From positions 1 through 62,545 of the forward strand of contig JBIOTW010000091.1 of NCBI GenBank assembly GCA_044866355.1: a stretch of DNA of 62,545 nucleotides, read 5' to 3'. The position numbers and the translations under genes were made by a program. Below the pieces are notes generated by a model. That model saw only the letters and a program-made list of their open reading frames with translations. It made no database searches and was not told where the DNA came from. Numbering within the stretch: the stretch's first letter is position 1; every line of letters starts with the position of its first letter. Shown here piece by piece: positions 8,420 to 17,868 of this stretch. The stretch is from Candidatus Limnocylindria bacterium (GTDB lineage: Bacteria; Chloroflexota; Limnocylindria; QHBO01).

Positions 8420-9438
8420 GCGGCGCTCCTCCGTACCGGTCGTTCCACGATGGGCGTGCGAAGCTCCCCCAGCCGCCCGACCCGCAGGACCACCTCGTCC
8501 CCCGGCTCCAACCAGCGCCCGAACTTTTCGTCCTTCACCTCCAGCAGGCAGCCGCTGCCCACCGTCCCGCTCCCGAGCAGGTCGCCCGGGCGCAGCCGGA
8601 CGTCGGCCGAGGCCCGCGCGAGCATCTCCCCGAACGAGAACTGCGTCGCCGACCAGGTCCCGCGGCTGATCTCCTCCCCGTTGATGTCGGCCGTCATGAC
8701 CAGGTTGTAGCCCTTTTCCAAGCGGGCGTCGGCCAGCTCATCGGGGGTGACCAGCCATGGACCGATGCTGGAGGCGAAGTCCTTGCCCTTGGCCGGGCCT
8801 AATCGGACCGTGGTCTCCTCGCGTTGGAGATCCCGTGCCGACCAGTCGTTGAGGATCAGGTAGCCGCCGATGGCCTCTTCGGCCCGGTCCGGGGCGAGGT
8901 CCACGGCCGGTGTGTCGACCAGGGCCGCCACCTCGAGCTCGTAGTCGAGCTCCGTCGACCCGGCTGGGGGCCATACCGGTTCGCCCGGCCCGCGGATTTC
9001 GGAGGTGTTGCTGAAGTAGAAGATCGGGAGTCGGTACCACGCCTCGGGGACGGCGTGGCCTCGGCGCTGCCACATGGTGGCGACGTGCTGCTCGAAGGCG
9101 TAGAAGTCGCGCAGGGACGGTGGGCGCAGCACGGGTGGCCCAAACGCGAGCTCATTGGCGTCCCACACCGCCTCGTCTTCTTCCGCTCCCGGTGAGTGGC
9201 CCTCCACCAGCTCGGCCAGCGCATCAACCCGCAGTCCCCGGGCCAGATGCGCGTCGAGTGTGGTCACGGGCTGGCGGTAGAGCACCGAGTTGTGGGCTCG
9301 CCGCGGGTCATCGGCGGCGAGAACCTGGCGGACCTGCTCGAGATCGAGCCAGCGCGCGCCGGCCGCATCTCGGGCAGCGGCCAGACGCCAGCCGGTCCCG
9401 ATCGGGGCGTTCCGCTCGCGCACGTGGGCGATCCGCAT
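8416..9438 (-). CDS. fumarylacetoacetate hydrolase (FAH) family protein
   Basis: Start is MRIAHV at 9438. The 91-codon upstream extension of the ORF is Ser/Arg-rich and overlaps the neighbouring gene remnant. FAH-type core: LPIFYFSN ... ELDYELEVAALV ... GYLILNDWSARDLQ ... GPAKGKDF. Confidence 0.88.
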   Translation of the reverse strand: MRIAHVRERNAPIGTGWRLAAARDAAGARWLDLEQVRQVLAADDPRRAHNSVLYRQPVTTLDAHLARGLRVDALAELVEGHSPGAEEDEAVWDANELAFGPPVLRPPSLRDFYAFEQHVATMWQRRGHAVPEAWYRLPIFYFSNTSEIRGPGEPVWPPAGSTELDYELEVAALVDTPAVDLAPDRAEEAIGGYLILNDWSARDLQREETTVRLGPAKGKDFASSIGPWLVTPDELADARLEKGYNLVMTADINGEEISRGTWSATQFSFGEMLARASADVRLRPGDLLGSGTVGSGCLLEVKDEKFGRWLEPGDEVVLRVGRLGELRTPIVERPVRRSAA

Positions 9439-9508
9439 CGTGGCGGAGTGTACGCGGCGCCAACGGTACTTCCGGTTCATGGTCGGTTGTTGAGCGGTTG
9501 GGTACGTC

Positions 9509-9745
9509 GTGGTCCTCGACGATGCGGATCGCGACCAGGCGGTGACGGTGGCTGAGGAGATTCGGTCCCGCCTCGCCTCACGGACCATCGCCGCCGAGGA
9601 TGGCGCGCCGTTGCGGCTCAGCGTGTCTGCCGGCTGCGCGGCGCTCGACGATGCCAGGCCCACGAGCGAGGCCCTGCTCCGGACAGCGGACGTGGCCCTG
9701 TCAATGGCCAAGCGCGGTGGCCGGGATCGGGTGGTCGCGGCCTAG
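9509..9745 (+). pseudogene. GGDEF (diguanylate cyclase) domain C-terminal remnant
   Basis: VVLDDADRDQAVTVAEEIRSRL ... RLSVSAGCAAL ... EALLRTADVALSMAKRGGRDRV matches only the last third of a GGDEF domain. An in-frame TGA lies 6 codons upstream, where the GGDEF motif itself should be (AVGYVVVL). Confidence 0.6.
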
Positions 9746-10812
9746 TCGGAGATCCGCTCCGCCAACCAGCCGATGGCCATCGGGTACCGATACTCGATGT
9801 CCATGTGGGTCCCCTCGAAGAGCTCGAATCGCACGGCGGCGTCCCCCACCCCGATGGCCGCCAGTTCCCGCCGGAAGGCTTCGGCCCCGAGGTCGAGGCG
9901 CCATTCGTCCTGGAGCCCGGCGTCGATCCAGATCCCCCGCAGGCCGCGAAGCGCATCCGCGTGGCTCGGGACCATCCGCACCGGGTCGTGCTCGAGCCAC
10001 CGCTCCCAGATCTCGGGGACGAGCCGCCCCGTCTGCGGGTCGTACGGCAGCCGAACGGTGCCGTCGGGATCCGCCGAGTAGCACGCGGCCATGCACCAGT
10101 CGTTGATGAGACTCAAGTCGCTTCGCCGGACGACGCCGGGACGTGCCCGGAATTCGGTCCAGAAGTTCTCGTATGCCCCGTCATACCGATCGCGCAGGGT
10201 GCGGACCGAGCTGCCGAAATCGGGGAGGTAGCACGCTTCGAACAGGGCGTCGCCGGCGTGCGTGGCCAATGCGCCGAACCGGTCCGGGCGGAGCATGGGC
10301 AGGATCATGGCCCCGTATCCGCCCGACGACTTGCCAGCCACGGCCCGGTGCGCGGGGTCGGGGAGCGTCCGGTACATGGCGTCCACCCACGGGATGATTT
10401 CGTCGCACAGGTAGGTGAGGTAGCGGCCCGTCCCGGGTGAGTCCAGGTACTGGCTTCCGCCCAGGCTTGTCCAGCAGTCGACGTACACGACCACGGCCGG
10501 CGGCTGGCCGGGCGTGGCGAACAGGTCATCCAGGAGTTCCGGCGTGTTGCGACGGAAGGCCTTGCGCGCCCGCCACATGTCGACCTGCCCGGTCAGTCCC
10601 TGGATCAGATAGATGCTGGGATAGCGGCGCTCGTCGTCGTCGTATCCGGGCGGGGTGTACACCCAGACCGGACGCCGATGCGGGTCACCCAGCGGGTTGC
10701 CGGTGAGCGCCTCGGAGTCGACGACGTGCTCGTGGAGCCGCCCCTTCCAGGCGTGGTCCCACGGTGGCCCGAGGCCCGTCTCAGTCCCCATACCCGGAAG
10801 CCTAGCGCTCAC
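9742..10812 (-). CDS. esterase family alpha/beta hydrolase (esterase D / enterochelin-esterase-like)
   Basis: YPSIYLIQGLTG, a nucleophile elbow GKSSGGYGA (GxSxG) and a downstream HAGDALF. Confidence 0.8.
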   Translation of the reverse strand: MSARLPGMGTETGLGPPWDHAWKGRLHEHVVDSEALTGNPLGDPHRRPVWVYTPPGYDDDERRYPSIYLIQGLTGQVDMWRARKAFRRNTPELLDDLFATPGQPPAVVVYVDCWTSLGGSQYLDSPGTGRYLTYLCDEIIPWVDAMYRTLPDPAHRAVAGKSSGGYGAMILPMLRPDRFGALATHAGDALFEACYLPDFGSSVRTLRDRYDGAYENFWTEFRARPGVVRRSDLSLINDWCMAACYSADPDGTVRLPYDPQTGRLVPEIWERWLEHDPVRMVPSHADALRGLRGIWIDAGLQDEWRLDLGAEAFRRELAAIGVGDAAVRFELFEGTHMDIEYRYPMAIGWLAERISD

Positions 10813-10980
10813 CGTGGCAGCCGGACCGCTACGCGCGACGGATGTACGTCAGATGTTCATATCGGCCACGTTTTCTCCCGCCGACCCGTGGAAATGGTCG
10901 TTCTGTACGTGACGTGAACAAATAGGACAGAAAGACGGCAGGAAGCGTCCTCTGCGGCCTCGGACATGTGCGGAATTGGC

Positions 10981-10996
10981 CGTTGTGTACACAACG
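10981..10996. promoter_or_regulatory. perfect 16-bp palindrome CGTTGTGTACACAACG in an AT-richer intergenic region
   Basis: Read directly. It lies about 170 nt upstream of the esterase start and 45 nt downstream of the YHS gene stop. Confidence 0.3.
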
Positions 10997-11041
10997 TGTT
11001 CATCGAATTCGTGCAGACGGGGGCAGCGCCCGCTCGGGCCC

Positions 11042-11236
11042 CTACATGCTGGGTTGGTAGTTCGGGTCGAGGTAGTGGTCGGGGTCGTCACGGAAGTCGA
11101 GCAGGCAGCCCCGGCCGCAGAAGTAGTACGTCACGCCGGCATGCTCCGCCACCAGGCCGTTGGCCTCGGCCTGGGCCGGCTCGACGCTCATGCCGCACAC
11201 CGGGTCGTGGGGGAGCGTTCCCATCGTGGTTTCCAT
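11042..11236 (-). CDS. YHS domain protein
   Basis: DPVCGMSV ... GVTYYFCGRGCLLDFRDDP is the YHS/TRASH-type metal-binding signature. It sits immediately downstream of the Cu-ATPase. Confidence 0.85.
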   Translation of the reverse strand: METTMGTLPHDPVCGMSVEPAQAEANGLVAEHAGVTYYFCGRGCLLDFRDDPDHYLDPNYQPSM

Positions 11237-11267
11237 CGGTTGGTCTCCTCCTATCGGTCAGGCGTGG

Positions 11268-13697
11268 CTATCGGTCATCTGTCCTGAGAGCAGGCCGGAA
11301 TCTGCGCAGGCGCAACGAGTTGGTGACGACGCTCACGCTGGACAGGGCCATGGCCCCCGCCGCCAGGGCGGGGTTCAGGGTCCAGCCGGTGAGCGGGTAC
11401 AGGATGCCGGCGGCAACCGGGATCAGCAGGACGTTGTAGCCGAAGGCCCACACCAGGTTCTGGCGAATGATCCCCATGGTGGCCCGCGCCAGACCGATGC
11501 TGGCCGGCACGGCGCGCAGGTCGTCGCCCACGAGGGTCACGTCGCTGGCCTCGACGGCCACGTCGGCGCCCGTGCCGATGGCCACGCCCAGGTCGGCCTG
11601 GGCGAGTGCCGGCGCGTCGTTGAGCCCGTCGCCGACCATCGCCACCCGGCGCCCGGTGACCTGGAGCGACGCGACCGTCGTTGCCTTCTCTGCTGGCTGA
11701 ACCCCGGCCACGATTCGATCCGGTGCGATCCCCGCATCGGCGCCGATGGCCTGGGCCACCTCGTGGCGGTCTCCGGTCAAGAGCCAGGGCTCGATCCCCG
11801 CCGCGTGGAGCTGCGCGATTGCCGCCGGCGCTTCAGGCTTGAGGCGGTCCGCGATGGTCAGGAGGCCCTCGATCGCCCCGTCGACCGCGACCCAGACCGC
11901 GGTCTCGCCTCGGGCCGAGGCGGCGGTCGCAAGCTCGGAAAGGCGCTCCGAGGGCCGCGCGTCGGCTCCCTCTTCCGACAACAGCCGCGAGCTTCCGACG
12001 ACGACCCGCTTGTGGTCGACCGTGGCGCGGACCCCGCCGCCGGGGACCGCCGCGAACTCGGTGACGGCGGGGGAGTCGGCTTCCACGCCGATGGCCCCGG
12101 CATGGCGGACCACGGCCGAAGCCAGCGGGTGCTCGCTTCCGCGTTCCGCGGCGGCTGCGACCAGGACCAGGGCCGTGACGTCTGATTCCGCTGGGTCTCC
12201 GTCCGTCCTGTGCGCGTTCGCCGGTCGCACCTCCGCCGCGTACGCGCCGGTCACCTCGGGGCGCCCGCGGGTCAGGGTGCCGGTCTTGTCGAAGACGACG
12301 GCGGTGATGCCCGCCGCGCGCTCCACCGCTGCGCCATCGCGGACCAGGATCCCCGCCTCGGCGCCCTTGCCGGCGCTCACCATCAGGGCGGTCGGCGTGG
12401 CCAGGCCCATGGCGCACGGGCAGGCGATGATCAGGACCCCGATCGCGCTCGACAGAGCCAGCGGCAGGCGCGGCTCGGGGCCGAACGCCATCCAGGCCAC
12501 GAACGTGAGGCCCGCGACCAGCGCAACGGCCGGGACGAACCAGGCCACCAGCCGGTCGACGAGGCGCTGGATGGGCGCCTTCGAGCCCTGAGCCTGCTCA
12601 ACCAGTCGAGCGATCTGGGCCAGCGTGGTGTCCACGCCCACCCGGTCGGCGCGGAAGAGGAAGCTGCCATGGGCGTTCAGCGTGGCGCCGGTCACGCGGT
12701 CCCCCGTTGCCTTCTCGACCGGCAGCGACTCCCCGGTGAGCATCGACTCGTCCACCGCGCTGCCGCCCTCGACCACCACCCCGTCGACCGGGATCCGATC
12801 GCCGGGTCGCACCCGCACCAGGTCGCCCACGCGCACCTCCGCCAGCGGCACCTCGGCCTCGGTGCTGTCCCGAATGACCCAGGCCGTCTCGGGGCGGCGG
12901 CGCAGCAGGGCTCGGACCGCCCCCGCGGCCTGGCCCTTGGCCCGTGCCTCGAGCCAGCGGCCGATCAGAACGAACCCGATGATGATCGCGGCGGTCTCGT
13001 AGAACGTGTCCAGCGGCAGGCCGGCCGCCCGCATCGCGTCCGGGAAGAGGGTGATGACGGCCGAATAGGCATAGGCAGCCCCGGTGCCCATCACCACCAG
13101 GGTGTCCATGGTCAGCTCCCCGTGGGGCAGGCCACGGAGCGCCCGGGCCAGGAATCGGCGGCCCAGGACCAGCTGGACGAAGGTGGCCGGCACCAGCAGG
13201 ATGAAGTTGAGCCGATCCACGGGCGCCGGAGGTCCGCCGGGCCAGAAGGTCAAGGCCATCATGGCCAGACCAATGGCGGTGGCCGCCAACCCATCCCGCA
13301 GCAGCCCGCGCCGCTCCGCGGCGCGGACGTCATCGGCCGCGTCGAGGTCGGTCGCCGGGGTCGCGAGGCCCGCCGTCGGGGTGGGAGAGGGACGCACGTC
13401 GTAACCCGCCGCCTCGATCGCCTCCACGATCCCGGACCGATCGATGCGCGAAGGGTCATACCGAACGGTTGCCTGCTCGCTGGCCAGGTTCACGGACGCC
13501 GAGGTGACGCCTTCCGCCCGGTTGAGGAACCGCTCGATGCGGTTGACGCAGCTGGCGCACGTCATCCCCTCGACCGCCAGGCTGAGCTCGGTTTGGGCAC
13601 CGAGTGACGAGCGGCCTCTGGCCGCCGTTTGGGCCGCAGCGGCGGTCGTCATTCGGCGATGGTCATCGGCGGTCGACATCGGTCCATGCATGGTCAT
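11268..13697 (-). CDS. copA: copper-translocating P1B-type ATPase
   Basis: HMA domain [19 protein letters not shown], the CPC transmembrane motif, DKTGTLT and [10 protein letters not shown]. The start is ambiguous among ATGs at 13697, 13691 and 13679. The longer ORF to 13919 runs into the divergent glgM gene. Confidence 0.93.
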   Translation of the reverse strand: MTMHGPMSTADDHRRMTTAAAAQTAARGRSSLGAQTELSLAVEGMTCASCVNRIERFLNRAEGVTSASVNLASEQATVRYDPSRIDRSGIVEAIEAAGYDVRPSPTPTAGLATPATDLDAADDVRAAERRGLLRDGLAATAIGLAMMALTFWPGGPPAPVDRLNFILLVPATFVQLVLGRRFLARALRGLPHGELTMDTLVVMGTGAAYAYSAVITLFPDAMRAAGLPLDTFYETAAIIIGFVLIGRWLEARAKGQAAGAVRALLRRRPETAWVIRDSTEAEVPLAEVRVGDLVRVRPGDRIPVDGVVVEGGSAVDESMLTGESLPVEKATGDRVTGATLNAHGSFLFRADRVGVDTTLAQIARLVEQAQGSKAPIQRLVDRLVAWFVPAVALVAGLTFVAWMAFGPEPRLPLALSSAIGVLIIACPCAMGLATPTALMVSAGKGAEAGILVRDGAAVERAAGITAVVFDKTGTLTRGRPEVTGAYAAEVRPANAHRTDGDPAESDVTALVLVAAAAERGSEHPLASAVVRHAGAIGVEADSPAVTEFAAVPGGGVRATVDHKRVVVGSSRLLSEEGADARPSERLSELATAASARGETAVWVAVDGAIEGLLTIADRLKPEAPAAIAQLHAAGIEPWLLTGDRHEVAQAIGADAGIAPDRIVAGVQPAEKATTVASLQVTGRRVAMVGDGLNDAPALAQADLGVAIGTGADVAVEASDVTLVGDDLRAVPASIGLARATMGIIRQNLVWAFGYNVLLIPVAAGILYPLTGWTLNPALAAGAMALSSVSVVTNSLRLRRFRPALRTDDR

Positions 13698-13699
13698 AT

Positions 13700-13720
13700 G
13701 GATACTATGGGGGAGTATCC
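13700..13720. promoter_or_regulatory. CsoR-type operator candidate (GGATACT-ATGGGGG-AGTATCC)
   Basis: Perfect 7-bp inverted arms flank a G5 tract directly upstream of copA. This resembles the ATAC...GGGGG...GTAT architecture of described CsoR operators. Confidence 0.5.
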
Positions 13721-13885
13721 ATCCAGCCGTCAATTTCGCTTCCGGCGGTGGTTCAGGCGGAGGGGCGACGTCACAGCGCTTCGTGACATCGTGCTGCGCG
13801 ATAGCACGATAGCGCGATAGCACGAACCACTGTGACGCGACTGGAGGAGGCCAGACACCCTGCGGCGGCGTTGTAGGCTCCGCCC

Positions 13886-15082
13886 GTGCGCGTCGTGATC
13901 CTGACCAACGAGTTCCCACCCAACGTCTATGGCGGCGCCGGGGTCCACGTCACGGAGCTGACGAACGCGCTCCGCGGGCAGGTGGAACTCCTCGACATCC
14001 GCACCTTCGGGGACCAGCACCACGATGAGTCGGGCTGGCGCGTCCGCGGTTACGCCGCCGAGCTGGACCTCGCCACTGCGCCGGAGCCGCTGCGCCCGGT
14101 CCTTGGCGCCTTCAGTCGCAGCCTCGCCATGTCCGCGGACCCGATCGCGGCCGACCTCGTGCACTGTCATACCTGGTACACGCACCTCGGCGGACTGCTG
14201 GCCAGCCAGGCCTACGGCGTGCCGCTGGTCGTGACCGTCCACTCCCTCGAGCCCCTGCGGCCGTGGAAGCGCGAGCAGCTGGCGGGTGGCTACGACGTCT
14301 CGGCCTGGGTCGAGCGCCAGGCCCTGGAGCAGGCCGACGCGGTCATCGCTGTGAGCGCCGCTGCGCGCCAGGACGTCCTGGACCATTTCGCCACCGATCC
14401 GGCGCGGGTGCACGTCGTCCACAACGGGATCGACACCACCGGATTCGCTCCCGACACGGGCCGTGACGCCATCGCCCGATTCGAGATCGACCCCGCGACG
14501 CCGTACGTCCTGTTCGTGGGCCGCATCACCCGGCAGAAGGGCATCACGATCCTGATCGAGGCCATTCCACACCTGGACGCCCGAATCGGGGTGGTGCTGG
14601 CCGCCGGACAGCCGGACACCCCACAGCTGGCGGTCGAAGTCGAGCGGGGGATCGCCGAGGCACGTGCCGCATCGCCTCGTCGACCGATTCACTGGATCCC
14701 CGAGCATCTCGATCGGCGCGCCGTTCGCCAGCTGTACACCCACGCCGCCGTCTTCGCCTGCCCATCGGTCTATGAGCCGTTCGGCATTACCAACCTGGAG
14801 GCCATGGCGTGCGGTGTCCCGGTGGTGGCCACCCGGGTGGGCGGCATTCCCGAGGTCATGACCCACGGCCGGACCGGTCTGCTGGTCGACCCTCCCGACG
14901 CCACCGATGGCGACACCCAACGCGTGGCGCGGGACCTGGCCGCGGCCATCAACGCCCTCGTCGCCGACCCGGCCCGGCGGGCAGCCATGGGCGCAGCCGG
15001 GCGCGAGCAGGCGGTCGAGCAGTTCAGCTGGTCCGCGGTCGCCGGCAAGACCCTGGAGGTCTACCGGGCAGTCGTTCGATGA
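13886..15082 (+). CDS. glgM: GT4 glycogen synthase of the actinobacterial GlgM (alpha-maltose-1-phosphate synthase) type
   Basis: Near-colinear with my recollection of Mycobacterium Rv1212c: [70 protein letters not shown] and [33 protein letters not shown]. Confidence 0.9.
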   Translation: MRVVILTNEFPPNVYGGAGVHVTELTNALRGQVELLDIRTFGDQHHDESGWRVRGYAAELDLATAPEPLRPVLGAFSRSLAMSADPIAADLVHCHTWYTHLGGLLASQAYGVPLVVTVHSLEPLRPWKREQLAGGYDVSAWVERQALEQADAVIAVSAAARQDVLDHFATDPARVHVVHNGIDTTGFAPDTGRDAIARFEIDPATPYVLFVGRITRQKGITILIEAIPHLDARIGVVLAAGQPDTPQLAVEVERGIAEARAASPRRPIHWIPEHLDRRAVRQLYTHAAVFACPSVYEPFGITNLEAMACGVPVVATRVGGIPEVMTHGRTGLLVDPPDATDGDTQRVARDLAAAINALVADPARRAAMGAAGREQAVEQFSWSAVAGKTLEVYRAVVR

Positions 15083-16431
15083 CCGGACCCGATCCGACCC
15101 GCATCTCGCGCCGTCGGCTGCTCCAGCTGGGTGCGTTGACGCCCGCCGCATTCCTGGCGGCGTGCGCAGAGACCATGACCCCGACTCCGGTCCCGACCCT
15201 TCGCCCGACGTCGCCCCCGGTTGCCACGCCCATCCCCAGCCTGGCGCCCTCCACTCCGGTCCTGTTCCGCGGCGCGGCCCTGGCCGACGGCCGCTCGGCG
15301 CAGCTCCAGCGCGACGTCAGCATCCGGGTCGAGAACGGGGTGGTGACATGGATCCGCCCGACCAGCGGCGAGGAGGACCCGGCTGGAGCCACGATCGTGG
15401 ACGCCGGCGGGGCCACCATCGTCCCGGGCCTGGTGGATGCGCACGCCCACGTCACCGGCACCGGTGGCGTGCATTGGATCGACCGCTTCAACGACCCGCC
15501 CGCCGTGCTGGCGGCGACCGGCGAGACGAATGCCGCGCTCGCCTGGCAGTACGGCGTGCGATGGCTGCGAGACGTGGGCAGCCCGATCGTCACTGACCCG
15601 GTCGACGGTCGCGTCCGCGCCGCGTCCCTCGGAGTGCGGGACCGCCTCGCCGGGCGCGCGGGCTTCCCGGTCATCCGAGCCGCCGGTAGCTGGGTGACCC
15701 GCGCTGGCTCGCTCCCCGGCCGGATCAGCGCCGAGGCGTCCAACGCTGACCAGCTTCTGGCCGTTGCGCTTCAGCAGCTGGATGAGGGCGCCAACCTCGT
15801 CAAGCTGTACCTCGAGGGCCCGGATCCGAGCACGACACCGTGGTCCATTGCCGAGACCCGCCGCGTCGTGGACGCGGTGCACGCCCGCGGTGCCCGGGTG
15901 GCCGCTCATGCCAGCCGAATCAACGACATTCGGACCGGCGTAGAGGCCGGGGTCGACACCATCGAGCATGGCACCGAGCTGGACACCGCCACTGCGCAGC
16001 AGATGGCCGCCCAGGGGACGATTCTGGTTTCGACCCTGACCGTGTTCCGCTCCTGGTTGAGCTTCTCGGCCACCACCACCGACTCGTTCTTCGCAGGCCC
16101 GGGCGCCGCGAGCCGCTTCGCCGAGCTGCTGGCCGTCGCCGAAAACGGGGTGCGGAACGCACGCGCCGCCGGCGTGGCCATCGCCGCAGGCTCCGACGCG
16201 GGAGGAGGATCGGCTCGTGCCAACCACCTTCCGTGGGAGTTTCAGTCGCTCGTCGCCGCCGGTCTCGAGCCGATGGCAGCCCTGGCGGCGGTCACCTGGC
16301 GGGGTGGCGAGGCGCTGGCCGAACCCGACGCCGGCGTCATCCGCGAGGGCGGCCCGGCCCACTTCTTCCTGGTCCACGGCGACCCCCTGACCGATCCCGG
16401 AGCCATCTGGCGCATCTGGCGCCATGCCTGA
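15079..16431 (+). CDS. secreted amidohydrolase family protein (Tat signal, lipobox-like)
   Basis: ATG overlaps the glgM stop (ATGA at 15079-15082). SRRRLLQLGALTPAAFLAAC forms the signal; also VPGLVDAHAHV (HxH), GVDTIEHG and AAGSDAGG. Confidence 0.85.
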   Translation: MTGPDPTRISRRRLLQLGALTPAAFLAACAETMTPTPVPTLRPTSPPVATPIPSLAPSTPVLFRGAALADGRSAQLQRDVSIRVENGVVTWIRPTSGEEDPAGATIVDAGGATIVPGLVDAHAHVTGTGGVHWIDRFNDPPAVLAATGETNAALAWQYGVRWLRDVGSPIVTDPVDGRVRAASLGVRDRLAGRAGFPVIRAAGSWVTRAGSLPGRISAEASNADQLLAVALQQLDEGANLVKLYLEGPDPSTTPWSIAETRRVVDAVHARGARVAAHASRINDIRTGVEAGVDTIEHGTELDTATAQQMAAQGTILVSTLTVFRSWLSFSATTTDSFFAGPGAASRFAELLAVAENGVRNARAAGVAIAAGSDAGGGSARANHLPWEFQSLVAAGLEPMAALAAVTWRGGEALAEPDAGVIREGGPAHFFLVHGDPLTDPGAIWRIWRHA

Positions 16432-16464
16432 GCGGCCCGCGCCTGACGCGCCCCAGGACAGACG

Positions 16465-16490
16465 GATGGCGCCCGTTGCCGGGCGCCATC
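16465..16490. terminator. bidirectional hairpin between convergent genes
   Basis: GATGGCGCCCG-TTGC-CGGGCGCCATC, a perfect 11-bp stem. Confidence 0.5.
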
Positions 16491-16511
16491 GCTCCTGCTG
16501 GTTCTTGCTTG

Positions 16512-17108
16512 TCAGGCTATGGCGGCCCCGGCCGGAACGGTCGTCTGCCGTTGACCGCTTTCCGTCCGATACAGGTCGCCAGAGAAGAACCAGCGGCGCA
16601 ATCCGGGGCCGACTCTCTGGCCGGCCACCCGATCCAGGCCGAAGAAGTTGCCCGAACCGATGTAGCCGAGGAAGAAGGTGACCAGCGCGTAGGTCAGATG
16701 CTGGTTCACGATCCCGAATTCGAAGTCCCAGGCTGCGACGAAGAAGAACAGCATCATCAACGTGCCCATCGCGGCCCCGAACCGTGTCAGCAAGCCCAGG
16801 ATCAGGCTGACCCCGATCCCGATCTGCCCCCACGGCACGAGGAGGTTGATGATCGTCATGGCCGCCTCGTTTTCGGACAGACCGGCCCAGAACGACTGCG
16901 TCGGGTTGAAGACCGTGCCCTCGGCAACCTCGCCGGTCACGAACGGCCACCCCATGCTGCCGCCCGTGGCGAAATTGAGAAATCCGGCCGCGGACCACTC
17001 CCCGCCGCCACCGATCACCTTCTCCAATCCAGCCCACAGGAAGATGATCCCGACGCCGATCCGGAGTACGGCCACCCCAAGCTGATGTCTGCGATCGACG
17101 ATCTGCAT
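16512..17108 (-). CDS. DoxX family membrane protein
   Basis: LRIGVGIIFLWAGLEK plus four hydrophobic helices, the DoxX/DoxD-like pattern. Confidence 0.8.
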   Translation of the reverse strand: MQIVDRRHQLGVAVLRIGVGIIFLWAGLEKVIGGGGEWSAAGFLNFATGGSMGWPFVTGEVAEGTVFNPTQSFWAGLSENEAAMTIINLLVPWGQIGIGVSLILGLLTRFGAAMGTLMMLFFFVAAWDFEFGIVNQHLTYALVTFFLGYIGSGNFFGLDRVAGQRVGPGLRRWFFSGDLYRTESGQRQTTVPAGAAIA

Positions 17109-17465
17109 GCCTCCATGCCTCCTTCCGGCTACGGCGTCCCTGCGCCAATAGTGTTCGTCCTGAGCCTATCGCAGCACTGATCGCTACCGAGGGCCGAAAG
17201 TCACGAAAACCGGGGACTTCAGCCACACCCGTCCTGCTGAGATCACCGGGGGCCGGTGCAGTCGCTGGCGAGCCTCTCCTGTCTCGGTGTGAGAAGGGCC
17301 GAACGTCACCACCCATTCAGTATCGATAGCCCTCGCTCACGCGTGGGCGAAGTCGGAGGATCGTCCCGACATACGCAAATCGGAGCCGTTGTTATGACAG
17401 CTGCGCAGCCACACGCGAGTCATGGATCGCAAGGTCTGTCAACTGACGTTCGGAGGAAGGGTTCG

Positions 17466-17798
17466 ATGGAACGAGTAATCGAGACACTCGCGTCCGGATT
17501 CGGCAACGCGATCGGATTCATGGCCGAGACGGGCATTCTGTTCTTGGTCTTCGCCCTGATCTGGGTTGCCTTCGGGGCCGCGCTCATCTTGAGCCAAGGA
17601 AGCCTGGATGCGGCCTGGCAATCGGTCCGCAGCCTGCCACTGATTCTTCAGGGCGTCATCTGGCTGCTGTTCCTTCCGGTGATGATCGGTCTGTGGATCT
17701 GGGAGACGACATGGCCGCTGATCATGCGTCTCCTGCTCGTGATCGGCATTGCGGGCTGGAACCTGCTGGTCCTATTGCCCCGCCTGGCGCCAAGGTAA
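17466..17798 (+). CDS. small integral membrane protein (110 aa)
   Basis: ATG 17466 follows GGAGGAAGG. There are three hydrophobic helices; the upstream part of the 17256 ORF is non-protein-like. Confidence 0.6.
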   Translation: MERVIETLASGFGNAIGFMAETGILFLVFALIWVAFGAALILSQGSLDAAWQSVRSLPLILQGVIWLLFLPVMIGLWIWETTWPLIMRLLLVIGIAGWNLLVLLPRLAPR

Positions 17799-17822
17799 GA
17801 CGTTCGGAATATCTGGGAACGC

Positions 17823-17851
17823 AGACCCGGGCCCGATGGCGGCCCGGGTCT
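17823..17851. terminator. hairpin between convergent genes
   Basis: AGACCCGGGCC-CGATGGC-GGCCCGGGTCT, a perfect 11-bp stem. Confidence 0.5.
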
Positions 17852-17868
17852 CGGGCCTTCGGGTGACG

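Noticed and set aside
9439-9711. N-terminal 91-codon extension of the FAH ORF (8416..9711)
   Set aside because: It is Ser/Arg/Ala-rich, overlaps the GGDEF remnant on the other strand, and FAH homology starts at MRIAHV (9438).
13698-13919. N-terminal 74-codon extension of the copA ORF
   Set aside because: It would run through the operator-like repeat and into the divergent glgM start. The composition is non-protein-like and the HMA domain begins shortly after the 13697-13679 ATG cluster.
17200-17300. CUGAGA-containing stretch as a possible TPP riboswitch near doxX and the small membrane gene
   Set aside because: The ACCUGAUC and GGGGUGC partner elements are missing, and the neighbouring genes are unrelated to thiamine.
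15061-17316. A 751-aa minus-strand ORF
   Set aside because: It is antisense to the amidohydrolase and overlaps DoxX out of frame. It is Arg/Gly/Pro-rich with no motifs, whereas the plus-strand gene has clear HxH amidohydrolase signatures.
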